The notes: generated by a model from the sequence alone, not told the origin. A stretch of DNA of 16,787 nt from a bacterium (GCA_040756235.1 JBFLZG010000058.1:1-16787); one strand, 5' to 3'. Positions 7,784 through 15,994 are shown, counted from the first letter of the stretch. Made by a program: numbers and translations.

Positions 7784-9499
7784 ATGGACAAGGGCAGGTG
7801 GTCAAACCGGACGTGTCCGCACGCCTCCCGGGCAGGTTGTCGACGGAAGCTATCCCCTCTCCCCCGCTGCACGGGGGAGAGGGACGGGGTGAGGGGGAGA
7901 AACGGGTGGACGGATGCACCCCTCATCCTGACCTTCTCCCCTCGGCGAGGGGAGAAGGGATGGAAGCCCAGCGTCCCGGCCCACGTTTCCAAAAAGTCCG
8001 GTGTGCTCGTTCTTCCTGCCCTCGTGCTTCTGCTGAGTTTCTTCTGGCCTGCCCCGAACGCCGGCGCATGGCTCTGGTCCAAGAAGGAAGCCGCCCCGGC
8101 CGAGCAGGAGCAAGCCGCTTCTCCCGAGCCGCTCGCCCCGGCTTTCCGGGACCTCAGGGAAGGCCGCTGGTCGAGCGCCCTGGAGGGGTTCTGGCAGTTC
8201 CGCAAGGACAAGGCGGCCTACGAGGAAGGGGCGGCGCCCGCAGAGCTCGGCATGGCCCGGGCCTGCCTCGCCCTGGGACTCAGGCAGGCGGCCACGGAGT
8301 ACTGCGCGGACCTGGTCCGGGACTCGATGGACATGGACCTCTCGGTCCGCGCTCTGGAGGTTCTCGAAAGATTCACCCGCGAGGAGGTCTTCGACGAAGA
8401 GACCATCGTGGAGGAGCTCCTCTACGAGAAGGACTTCAGCGCCCTGCCCGCCTCCCTCAACAACTTCGTCCATTACCATCAGGCCCGGATGGATTACCGG
8501 AACGGTCATCCCCGCTGGGCCGAGCACCACCTGGACAAGATGGAGGGCGAGGACGACTACTTCAGCCGTGGCAAGATCCTGAGCGCTCTCTGGGCCCTGA
8601 AGCAGGGCGACGCAAACCGCTGCCGCAGCCTCCTCGAGGGGGTGCTGCAGTCGCCCGGGCTGGATCGAGCGACGGGCAACGAGGCCAGAAAGGCTCTGGC
8701 TCGCGTGCTCTACGAGCAGGAGGACTTCGCCGGGGCCTACCGGATCTATCGTGAGATCGAGGCGCCCGAGACCCTGCTGGCGGACGTCATCCTGGAGGAG
8801 GCCTGGGCCAAGTTCCGGGAGGAGGACTATCGCAAGTCCATGGGCCTGCTCGTGGCCTTCTCGGCGCCTTCTTTCCGCAATCTGTTCAAGCCCGAGCAGT
8901 ACCTCCTCAAAGCGCTCATCTACATGCAGTACTGCCATTACGGCGCGGCCCGGTCGACCCTGGAGGGATTCCGCGGCCGCTACGGAGAGACGCTGCGCCG
9001 CATTCGAAGCCGCGAAGACCTTGCCGCAGACCCCGAGTCCGCCCGGGTCCTGAAGAGCACGCCCGCGATCGCCAGGATGGACGCCTACCTGAAGAGTCTC
9101 GATGCCGAGGCGGCCACGCTCGAAAAGCTGCCCCTTTCCGAGCCGCTCAAGCAGGGGCTCGCACGGATGTACGCCCTCGACAAAGAGAGGGCCGAGCGGC
9201 GGCGCGAGCGGGAGTGGGAACGAGAAGTGGAGAGCGTGAAGGAGGTCCTGTTCGACGCCGAGGAACAGATGAATCTCGTGCAGTTCGAGGCCGGGATGAA
9301 CCGCTATGAGAAGGTCCGGAAGCTGTACTACCAGGAGGAATCGGCCGATGGGGCGGCCCCTCGGGGCAAGGTGCCTCCCCTTTCCAGCAACGCGTACTAC
9401 CGCTTCCGCGGCGAATTCTGGACCGACGAGCTGGACGATTACACCTTCTTCATCGAGGACTACTGCAAGTCGCCCGGGGAGTGGGAGACCGAGCCATGA
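7784..9499 (+). CDS. Exported TPR protein, GltC-like
   Basis: GAAGGAGAGG RBS before ATG 7784. Hydrophobic signal segment VLVLPALVLLLSFFWPAPNAGA. TPR helices ALARVLYEQEDF, ILEEAWAKF and PEQYLLKALIYMQYCHY. C-terminus FRGEFWTDELDDYTFFIEDYC matches the GltC-type F.GE(Y/F)W.DEL..Y..I...C ending I recall. Confidence 0.82.
   Translation: MDKGRWSNRTCPHASRAGCRRKLSPLPRCTGERDGVRGRNGWTDAPLILTFSPRRGEKGWKPSVPAHVSKKSGVLVLPALVLLLSFFWPAPNAGAWLWSKKEAAPAEQEQAASPEPLAPAFRDLREGRWSSALEGFWQFRKDKAAYEEGAAPAELGMARACLALGLRQAATEYCADLVRDSMDMDLSVRALEVLERFTREEVFDEETIVEELLYEKDFSALPASLNNFVHYHQARMDYRNGHPRWAEHHLDKMEGEDDYFSRGKILSALWALKQGDANRCRSLLEGVLQSPGLDRATGNEARKALARVLYEQEDFAGAYRIYREIEAPETLLADVILEEAWAKFREEDYRKSMGLLVAFSAPSFRNLFKPEQYLLKALIYMQYCHYGAARSTLEGFRGRYGETLRRIRSREDLAADPESARVLKSTPAIARMDAYLKSLDAEAATLEKLPLSEPLKQGLARMYALDKERAERRREREWEREVESVKEVLFDAEEQMNLVQFEAGMNRYEKVRKLYYQEESADGAAPRGKVPPLSSNAYYRFRGEFWTDELDDYTFFIEDYCKSPGEWETEP
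7855..7959. repeat. REP-like inverted doublet, family A, copy 3, within the predicted 5' end of the GltC-like CDS
   Basis: ccctctcccccgctgcacgggggagagggacggggtgaggggg ... cacccctcatcctgaccttctcccctcggcgaggggagaaggg. Confidence 0.9.
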
Positions 9500-9906
9500 G
9501 GGGTCCTCAGCACTCTCTCCCATGGAGAGCATGCCAGGCATGTGGCGCAGGAATGGGTTGTTCCGTGAGGAGGGTACTCCGGCGATCCGTTGTTATGGGC
9601 GCGTCGGGTGTTCCGGCGATTTGCGGGGCGAGTCGCAGAGGCCCGTCCCGGAGTCCCGAAGGCCGGTGGAACGCAGCGTTGTTTCTCGATTACCGAGCCC
9701 GCCAGGCTTGTGTGCCCCGATACACCCGGCCCGGGACGAGGGACGAAAACGGGGACCTGCCCGAAGGGCGCTGGTCTCCGACCCATGGGAGGAGAAGAGG
9801 CCGGAGCGTTTTGAGCCCCGGCAAATCCAGCCGGGATACCCAGCGCACGGAACACAAAGACCGAGGCCCGGAAAAGCAGCAAGCCTGATGAGGAGACCGC
9901 ACCGCA

Positions 9907-12900
9907 ATGAGAAAGCTTGAAAGAGTGCGCAAGGCCCTGATGCTCGGGCTTCTCGTCTGGTGCTCGGCAGCAGCGGGCCTGGCCTGGGCCGCGGAGCAGG
10001 CCGCCGAGCCGGTGCCCGAGAAGACGGCTGCCCCGGCCGGCGGCGCCACGGCAAAGGACAGCGGGCGGCTCCTGGAGCAGCTCGAGCAAGACCTGGCGTC
10101 GGTGGATCAGGCCATCGACGGCACGAAGAAGCTCATCGAGCAATCCATGCACCGCCCCTATCTCCCGGACCTGTACATGCGGCTCGCCGAGCTGTACATC
10201 GCCAGGTCCCGGATCCTCTACCACAAGAAGCGGGTCGAGGACCCTCAGGCCTCCAAGGCCGTCGTGGTGCTCGAGGCCAACCTGCTCAAGACCAAGGCCG
10301 TGGACCTCTATGCGAAGGTCCTCGAGGAGTTTCCACAGTACGCCCACCCGGACAAGGCGCTCTTCTTCATGGCCCACGAATACCGGGAGCTCGGCCAGTT
10401 CGACAAGATGCTGGCGTGCTACACCGATCTCACGAAGCGCTACCCCCAGAGCCCCTACCGGCTCGAGGGCTATCTGATGATCGGCGACCACAACTTCGAC
10501 GCGATGGACCTCGACAAGGCCGAGGAGTGCTACCGGACCATCCTGGCCGCCCCCGAGAGCCACGTCCACGGCATGGCCCGGTACAAGATGGCCTGGTGCC
10601 ACATCAACCGGAACCGCTATCCGGAAGCGGTCGAGCTGCTCGAGACGCTGGTCGCCGACCCGCGCTACGACGACCTGAAGACCGACATCGACGCCTACAA
10701 GAAGCTCAACCTCCGCAGGGAGGCCCTCATGGACCTGGCCTACTGCTACACCGAGGTGCGCAAGCCCGAGGAGGCGCTCGACTACTTCGCCCGGCTCTCC
10801 GACTCCAAGTCCGTCTACATCGCGGTCCTTGAAAAGCTGGGGCAGCGTTACTTCCTCAAGGAGGACTGGTCCTCGGCAGCCAGGGTGTACGCCAGGATCC
10901 TGTCCCTCACCCGCGACACGGGCAAGACCCCGGGCTACGCTGAAAAGCTGTTCGCCAGCGCCCAGAAGGCCGGGAAGCTGGAGGAGCCCGCCGAAAACGT
11001 CCGGGTCATCGTCCGGACCCTTGCCGACGTGGAGGCCTCGTGGCGCATTTCCGACGAAGAGAAGGAGAGGTGGAGGAAGCAGCTCGAGCTGTACGCCCGT
11101 GACATGGCGACGCGGCTCCAGCTTCAGGCCAAGGAGAAGAAGGACAAGGCCCTGGCCTCTCAGGCAGCTGACGCCTACAAGCACTACCTCGCTTTCTTCA
11201 AGGAAGGCGAGGTGTCCCGGGACATGCTGCACAACCAGGCGGAAGCGCTGTTTCAGGCGGGGCGCTACTTCGAAGCCGCTCAAGCCTATGAGAAGCTCGC
11301 CTCGGTCGATTCCTCCGCGGGCGGGGCTCCCCGGAAAGACTTTCTGTACGGCGCAGTGGTCGCCTATCACCGCGCCCTCAAGGAAGAGAAGGAGCTGAAG
11401 GATCTCAAGAAGATGGAGGCCCGGCAGGCGCTTCGACAGACCGGAGCCGCCTACCTGGAAGCGTATCCGGGCGGCGACGAGGCGTCCGAGGTGGCCTTCA
11501 ACGTGGCCTGGGTGGCTTACGAGCAGGGCGATTACGGAGCGGCCCTCGACGGATTCAAGGCGTTCATCCGGAAGTATCCGCAGTCCAAGGAGGCCAGGGC
11601 CGCGGGCCACCTCGTGCTCGACATCCGCAAGAGCCTGGACGACCTGGACGGGCTCGTCGCCGACGCCAGGACGCTGCTCGAGGACCGCCGGCTGGCCGAC
11701 CCCGGCTTCCGGAAGGAAGTGGAAGGCATCCTGATGGCCTCGGAGCGCAGGAAGCTCGAGGAGCTCACCATTCAGGTCAAGGACGGCCGGGAAGGATCGG
11801 ACCAGGCCCTGGTGGAGCTGGGCCGAGGCGCCAAGGACAGCGGGCTCCGGGAGACGGCCCTCTACAATCTCTTCGTCGTGAACAAGGAGGCCAAGAAGAT
11901 CCCGAAGGTCGTGGAGATCGGAGGCCAGCTCCTGGCGGCCTTCCCGCAATCCGAGCACCGAGGCGACGTGGCCTCGACGCTGGCCCACTACTGCTTCGAG
12001 GCGGCGGACTTTCCGAATGCGGCCGCGTGGTCCGAGAAGGCGGCCGAGGGCGCGAAAGGCGAGGAGCAGGGCGAGCACTGGCTCCGGGCCGCCAGGCTCG
12101 ACGGCTGGATGGGGGACCCGGTCGCTGCCGTGAACGCCTACCGCAAGGCCCTCCCCCTGCTCGGGCCGCAAAAACGGCTCGAAGCGCAAAAGGACCTGCT
12201 GAGCGAGCTCCAGCAGATGAACGATTGGCCTGCCGCTGCCGCCCTCGCCGCGACCCTGGCGGCCGACGAGCCCGGAGAGGTTCGGTGGGGCTGCCGCCAG
12301 GGGGACGCGCTCCGCAGGCAGGGTAGGAACGCAGAAGCCGTGGAGGCCTTCGACCGGGCGATCGCTCTCTACGGCAGGAAAGCCTCGTCGCCCGCCGCGC
12401 TCTCTCCCGAGGAAAAGTCGGCAGCCGCCGAGGCCAGGTTCCGGAGGGCCGAGCGGGAGATGGAGGCCTTCCGCCAGGTCAGCCTTCCGGGAGACGCGAT
12501 CGATGCGGGCATCGTTCAAAAGAAGATGGCCGCGCTCCAGTCGGTGGAGGCCGCCAGCCTGGAGGTCGCCCAGTGCGCCAGCCCCCGATGGACCATCGCC
12601 TCCCTGGAGCTGGCGGCCCGCGCCAACGAGTCGATCGTCGACTTCTTTCTGCGGGCGCCTCTGCCCGGGGATCTCAACCTGGAGCAGAAGCAGCAGTACG
12701 TGAAGCTCCTCGAGGACAAGGTGCAGCCGTACCGGGACAAGGCGCGGCAGGTCCGGCAGGCGGCCCTGGACAAGGCGTACGAGGTCGGGATCTTCTGTCC
12801 GGAAGTGCTCTCCTGTTATGCCGCGCTGAACGGAGGAGCCTCTCCCGCTGCGATCTCCCGGGGCCGGCAGCAGCGCCGCGCGCCGGACGGTCCGTCCACG

Positions 12901-13323
12901 AAGGCGATCCTCGAAAGTCTCTACGCCGATCCCGGCAACCCGACGCTCCTGGCTTCCCTGGGCGCCTCCTATGCAGCCGAGGGGAAGCTCGAGCTGGCCG
13001 CCCTGGTGTTGCACCGGCTGCTGGAAAAGACGCCGAACGATGCCAGGGGCCACAACCTGCTCGGACTGGTCCGCCTGCTCCAGGACAAGGACGCCGAAGC
13101 CTATGCGAGCTTCCGCAGGGCCCTGGAGATCAGCCCGGACCTGGCCGAGGCGGGCGCCAACCTGGTCGTGCTCTACGCGGGATACGGGAACCGGCGGGAG
13201 GCCAGGGCAACGCTCGACAAGCTCGAGCGGCGGCAGGCTCCGGCTGCCCTGGACAGCCAGGCCGTGCACCCGGACTTCTCTGCCGTGACCGCCCGACTGA
13301 ACGCCGTGGCCCGGCAACCATGA
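9907..13323 (+). CDS. Large periplasmic TPR protein, GltD/AgmU-like, with a C-terminal GltE/AglT-like TPR extension
   Basis: GAGGAG RBS. Signal peptide ends in AWA. Motifs LPDLYMRLAELY, PDKALFFMAHEY, YPQSPY and ARYKMAWCHIN, plus many TPRs. GltD-type late motif WTIASL...RAPLPGDL...QYVKLLEDKVQPYRDKA...ALDKAYEVGIF, followed by ~140 further aa of TPR. Confidence 0.85.
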   Translation: MRKLERVRKALMLGLLVWCSAAAGLAWAAEQAAEPVPEKTAAPAGGATAKDSGRLLEQLEQDLASVDQAIDGTKKLIEQSMHRPYLPDLYMRLAELYIARSRILYHKKRVEDPQASKAVVVLEANLLKTKAVDLYAKVLEEFPQYAHPDKALFFMAHEYRELGQFDKMLACYTDLTKRYPQSPYRLEGYLMIGDHNFDAMDLDKAEECYRTILAAPESHVHGMARYKMAWCHINRNRYPEAVELLETLVADPRYDDLKTDIDAYKKLNLRREALMDLAYCYTEVRKPEEALDYFARLSDSKSVYIAVLEKLGQRYFLKEDWSSAARVYARILSLTRDTGKTPGYAEKLFASAQKAGKLEEPAENVRVIVRTLADVEASWRISDEEKERWRKQLELYARDMATRLQLQAKEKKDKALASQAADAYKHYLAFFKEGEVSRDMLHNQAEALFQAGRYFEAAQAYEKLASVDSSAGGAPRKDFLYGAVVAYHRALKEEKELKDLKKMEARQALRQTGAAYLEAYPGGDEASEVAFNVAWVAYEQGDYGAALDGFKAFIRKYPQSKEARAAGHLVLDIRKSLDDLDGLVADARTLLEDRRLADPGFRKEVEGILMASERRKLEELTIQVKDGREGSDQALVELGRGAKDSGLRETALYNLFVVNKEAKKIPKVVEIGGQLLAAFPQSEHRGDVASTLAHYCFEAADFPNAAAWSEKAAEGAKGEEQGEHWLRAARLDGWMGDPVAAVNAYRKALPLLGPQKRLEAQKDLLSELQQMNDWPAAAALAATLAADEPGEVRWGCRQGDALRRQGRNAEAVEAFDRAIALYGRKASSPAALSPEEKSAAAEARFRRAEREMEAFRQVSLPGDAIDAGIVQKKMAALQSVEAASLEVAQCASPRWTIASLELAARANESIVDFFLRAPLPGDLNLEQKQQYVKLLEDKVQPYRDKARQVRQAALDKAYEVGIFCPEVLSCYAALNGGASPAAISRGRQQRRAPDGPSTKAILESLYADPGNPTLLASLGASYAAEGKLELAALVLHRLLEKTPNDARGHNLLGLVRLLQDKDAEAYASFRRALEISPDLAEAGANLVVLYAGYGNRREARATLDKLERRQAPAALDSQAVHPDFSAVTARLNAVARQP

Positions 13324-13347
13324 CGGTCGAGGGAGATCGGATGCGGC

Positions 13348-13505
13348 CGGTGGGGTGGACAAAGCCGAAGTCTGCCCCGGCGAAGGCCGGGGGCGTGTCC
13401 ACCAACCATAGCTGCGAGCGAGGCGACATCCGGCAGAGTCGGTAGGGTGGACAAAGCCGAAGGCGTGTCCACCAACCATAGCTGCGAGGTGGAGACATCC
13501 GGCAG
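13348..13505. repeat. Tandem pair of GTAG-type REP units; copy 1 carries a nested 22-bp hairpin
   Basis: cggt(g/a)gggtggacaaagccgaag-gcgtgtccaccaaccatagctgcgag...gacatccggcag at 13348-13436 and 13440-13505, each with an internal ggtggaca/tgtccacc stem. Confidence 0.9.
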
Positions 13506-13607
13506 GGGAGGTTGCCGCGGACCTTCGGTCCTCGCAATGTCCGCCAATTACCACGGATGGGAATGGTACAAGGACAAGGAGCGATCGCCCAACCAGCAGA
13601 GAGGGGC

Positions 13608-14855
13608 ATGACCTTGAACAGACGAGGCGGTCAAGAAAGGGCTGCGTTGGGCGTGCTGATGCTGGCCCTCCTGGCGATCGTTGCCGCGTGCGGCACCGGC
13701 GGCTTGAGCGGCGAGGCCGAGATGAGAGCTGCGGACGGAGGCGGAGGAGGCGGCTCCCCGGGAGGGTCGAGCTCCGGCAACTGGACGATCCAGGTGGTCG
13801 ACACGAACGCCAACGCCGGCCAGCAGAACACGCTGCGGATCGACTCTCAGGGCAGGATGTTCGTGTCCTACTTTGCCGGAGGCAGCCCCGCGTACTGGAT
13901 CCGGCAGGCCGCCTTCGACGGCTGGTCATGGGAGATCGAGACGGTCTACGAGACCGACACGAACACCGGCTGCAGCGTGGCGCTGGACGGCTCCGGCAGA
14001 CCTGCCATCGCCTTTGTGGGCGGAGGGCGGCAGCCCCTGTACTACTGGCCGTTCCAGTCCGATCTGCTGTTGGCTTCCTCCGACGGCGGAGCCTGGCAAT
14101 GGGAGACGGTGGATGAGACGGGGGTGGTGGGACTCTGGGCATCGGTCGCCTTCGACCGCTTCGGCAGGCCCGGGATCAGCTATCAGGATCTGGGCAACGG
14201 CATCGACTACACGGATTTCCACTGGAGGGATTTGAAATTCGCGCAGCACACTCCGGACGGCTGGGACGTCGAGACTCTGGAGCCGGACGGGGGAGGATAC
14301 TATTCCCAGCTCGTCTTCGACTCGGACGGCCAGCCGGCCGTCGCTTACTGCGGCAATCTAGACGGGGAGTCCCAGCCTGTGAAGTTCGCCCGCAGGGGAG
14401 ACACCGGCTGGGAGCTCTACACCATCGATGCCGTGGGAAAGTGCGCCGAAGCGAGCCTCTCTCTCCGCTCGAGGCTCGCGGACCGATTCGGGATCGCCTA
14501 CTATGACGACCGCACCCAGGACCTGAAGTATGCCGACTTCTTCGGCGGCGTCTGGCACCTGGAGACGGTCGAGGCCCACAACCAGGTGGGAAAGTATTGC
14601 TCCCTGGCTTTCGGGCCGGACGGGCAGCCGGTCATCAGCTACTACTACTGCGGCCGCACCACGGACCAGGATTGCCAGGGCGGAGGAGATCTGCGCATCG
14701 CCCGCAGGACCGACGCGGGCTGGGTCGTGGAGAACGTGGAAACCTCCGGCAACACGGGCCTGTTCACCTCCCTCGAGATCACGCCTCGCGGCGAAACCTT
14801 CATCGCCTACCAGGACCAGACTCTGAACGCGCTGAAGATCGCGGTGCAGCGCTGA
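13608..14855 (+). CDS. Lipoprotein with a Gly/Ser linker and a seven-repeat beta-propeller domain
   Basis: Start moved from 13512 to ATG 13608 (TTG 13614 is also possible). Lipobox IVAA-C28. Linker GGGGGGSPGGSSSG. Seven ~50-aa repeats starting WTIQVVD, WEIETVY, WQWETVD, WDVETLE, WELYTID, WHLETVE and WVVENVE, each followed by an S(L/V)A(F/L)D..G.P.I(S/A)Y-like motif. Confidence 0.82.
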   Translation: MTLNRRGGQERAALGVLMLALLAIVAACGTGGLSGEAEMRAADGGGGGGSPGGSSSGNWTIQVVDTNANAGQQNTLRIDSQGRMFVSYFAGGSPAYWIRQAAFDGWSWEIETVYETDTNTGCSVALDGSGRPAIAFVGGGRQPLYYWPFQSDLLLASSDGGAWQWETVDETGVVGLWASVAFDRFGRPGISYQDLGNGIDYTDFHWRDLKFAQHTPDGWDVETLEPDGGGYYSQLVFDSDGQPAVAYCGNLDGESQPVKFARRGDTGWELYTIDAVGKCAEASLSLRSRLADRFGIAYYDDRTQDLKYADFFGGVWHLETVEAHNQVGKYCSLAFGPDGQPVISYYYCGRTTDQDCQGGGDLRIARRTDAGWVVENVETSGNTGLFTSLEITPRGETFIAYQDQTLNALKIAVQR

Positions 14856-15071
14856 GGGGCCACGCAAGAATTACTTCGCAGGGGCAGGGCCAACTGTAAC
14901 ATTATGGAGGGGGTAGGTTTCGCGCCCAGATTTGGGTCAGATTCGGCCGCGACGATTGAGCGAGACCGCAGGCATAGCCCGGCTATGTCGAGGATCTTGC
15001 GATTGAGGAGCGGTCGAAGATGGCCCGAAGATGGGATGCGAAATGGGAAGTCATTCTTGCGTGGCCCCTCA
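14853..15071. mobile_element. MITE-like element (219 bp) with long terminal inverted repeats
   Basis: Left tgaggggccacgcaagaattacttcgca (14853-14880) and right tgggaagtcattcttgcgtggcccctca (15044-15071) are 26/28 complementary. GCGC lies on both flanks (14849-14852, 15072-15075). No transposase inside. Confidence 0.8.
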
Positions 15072-15103
15072 GCGCGCGCGCATCACATGGCTCTGAGTCG
15101 GAG

Positions 15104-15173
15104 ATTGCGAGCGTAGCGAAGCAACCTCCTTGGCTCTGGGGGTTGCTTCGGTCGCCCGTGGCTCCCTCGCAAT
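15104..15173. repeat. REP/RPE-like palindromic element, family C (ATTGCGAG...GCAA(C/T)C // GGTTGC...CTCGCAAT)
   Basis: Outer stem attgcgag/ctcgcaat and perfect inner stem cgaagcaacc (15117-15126)/ggttgcttcg (15141-15150). Half-copies at 13509-13544 and 16029-16051. Confidence 0.8.
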
Positions 15174-15388
15174 GTCCGCAACATTTCATGTCCTCGCTCC
15201 GCCCGCCCGATGCGTCCTTGGCCAGCGATGAGGGGTTATGACACAGCCGCTTTCGCGGGAATGACGGTCCCTTATGACACATTTGCAATACCCCGCCAGA
15301 CTCACTATCATGGCGCCCGCCAACGGCCTGGGAGCCCGGTTGCCGCAGTTGCTCCTCCGACCTTCCACACCGCACGCAGGTCCCGAAG

Positions 15389-15994
15389 ATGAAGCACGCG
15401 CGCCCGTTGAGCACCCTCTGCGCCCTGGTTTTCGTTCTCCTGTTCCTCGGGGCCGGTTCTATCGGTGCAGAGGAACTGGCGAACCCGGCGGCTGCCGACC
15501 CCCGAGGTCCCGATTCCCTGCAGGCCGGGAGCTGGCACCTGCGCCTCACGGGCGGCTCCATGATCGAGCACAAGGATGACGTCCGGCTCGACTACGGCGG
15601 CGGCGGGGTCGAGTACTACTTCACGAGAATGCTATCGGGCGTAGCGGAGCTGGTCTTCTACAACGTGGACCAGGACCCCGGCGGCACGACCAAGGGCTGG
15701 GGATTCAACCTGCTGGCCAATGCGGACTTCTACCGGACCCGGCATGTCACTTTCTTCATCGCCGGCGGGCTCGGCATTGCGAACTTCGTGCGCCGGGTGC
15801 CGGCGCCGGACGGCACGCACTTCAACTTCACCGAACACGGGAACCTCGGCGCCAGGTTCCGCCTCTCCGAGGACATGTATTTCGTCGCGTCCGCCAAGTA
15901 CATGCACATGTCCAACTTGAACATGGAAGGAGCCGACCGCAACCCCAGCTACGACGGGTTCGGCGGGTTCGGCTCTCTGTCCGTCAGGTTCTGA
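15389..15994 (+). CDS. PagL-like (lipid A 3-O-deacylase / acyloxyacyl hydrolase family) outer-membrane beta-barrel
   Basis: Sec signal peptide and amphipathic strands. GTHFNFTEHGNLG, then YMHMSN (the H-x-S-N catalytic motif), then RNPSYD. Terminal Phe. Confidence 0.75.
   Translation: MKHARPLSTLCALVFVLLFLGAGSIGAEELANPAAADPRGPDSLQAGSWHLRLTGGSMIEHKDDVRLDYGGGGVEYYFTRMLSGVAELVFYNVDQDPGGTTKGWGFNLLANADFYRTRHVTFFIAGGLGIANFVRRVPAPDGTHFNFTEHGNLGARFRLSEDMYFVASAKYMHMSNLNMEGADRNPSYDGFGGFGSLSVRF

Noticed and set aside
7850..9541. 563-aa minus-strand ORF
   Set aside because: Antisense shadow of the GltC-like gene.
9580..9600. GTTATGG as a possible integron attC end
   Set aside because: No matching RYYYAAC or paired L boxes upstream, and no integrase or cassette array.
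13348..13505. Possible CRISPR mini-array
   Set aside because: Only two units, the intervening sequences are similar rather than unique spacers, no cas genes are present, and the architecture is GTAG-type REP.
9460..14142. 1560-aa minus-strand ORF
   Set aside because: Antisense shadow of high-GC3 plus-strand genes. It has no recognisable motifs and runs through REP elements.
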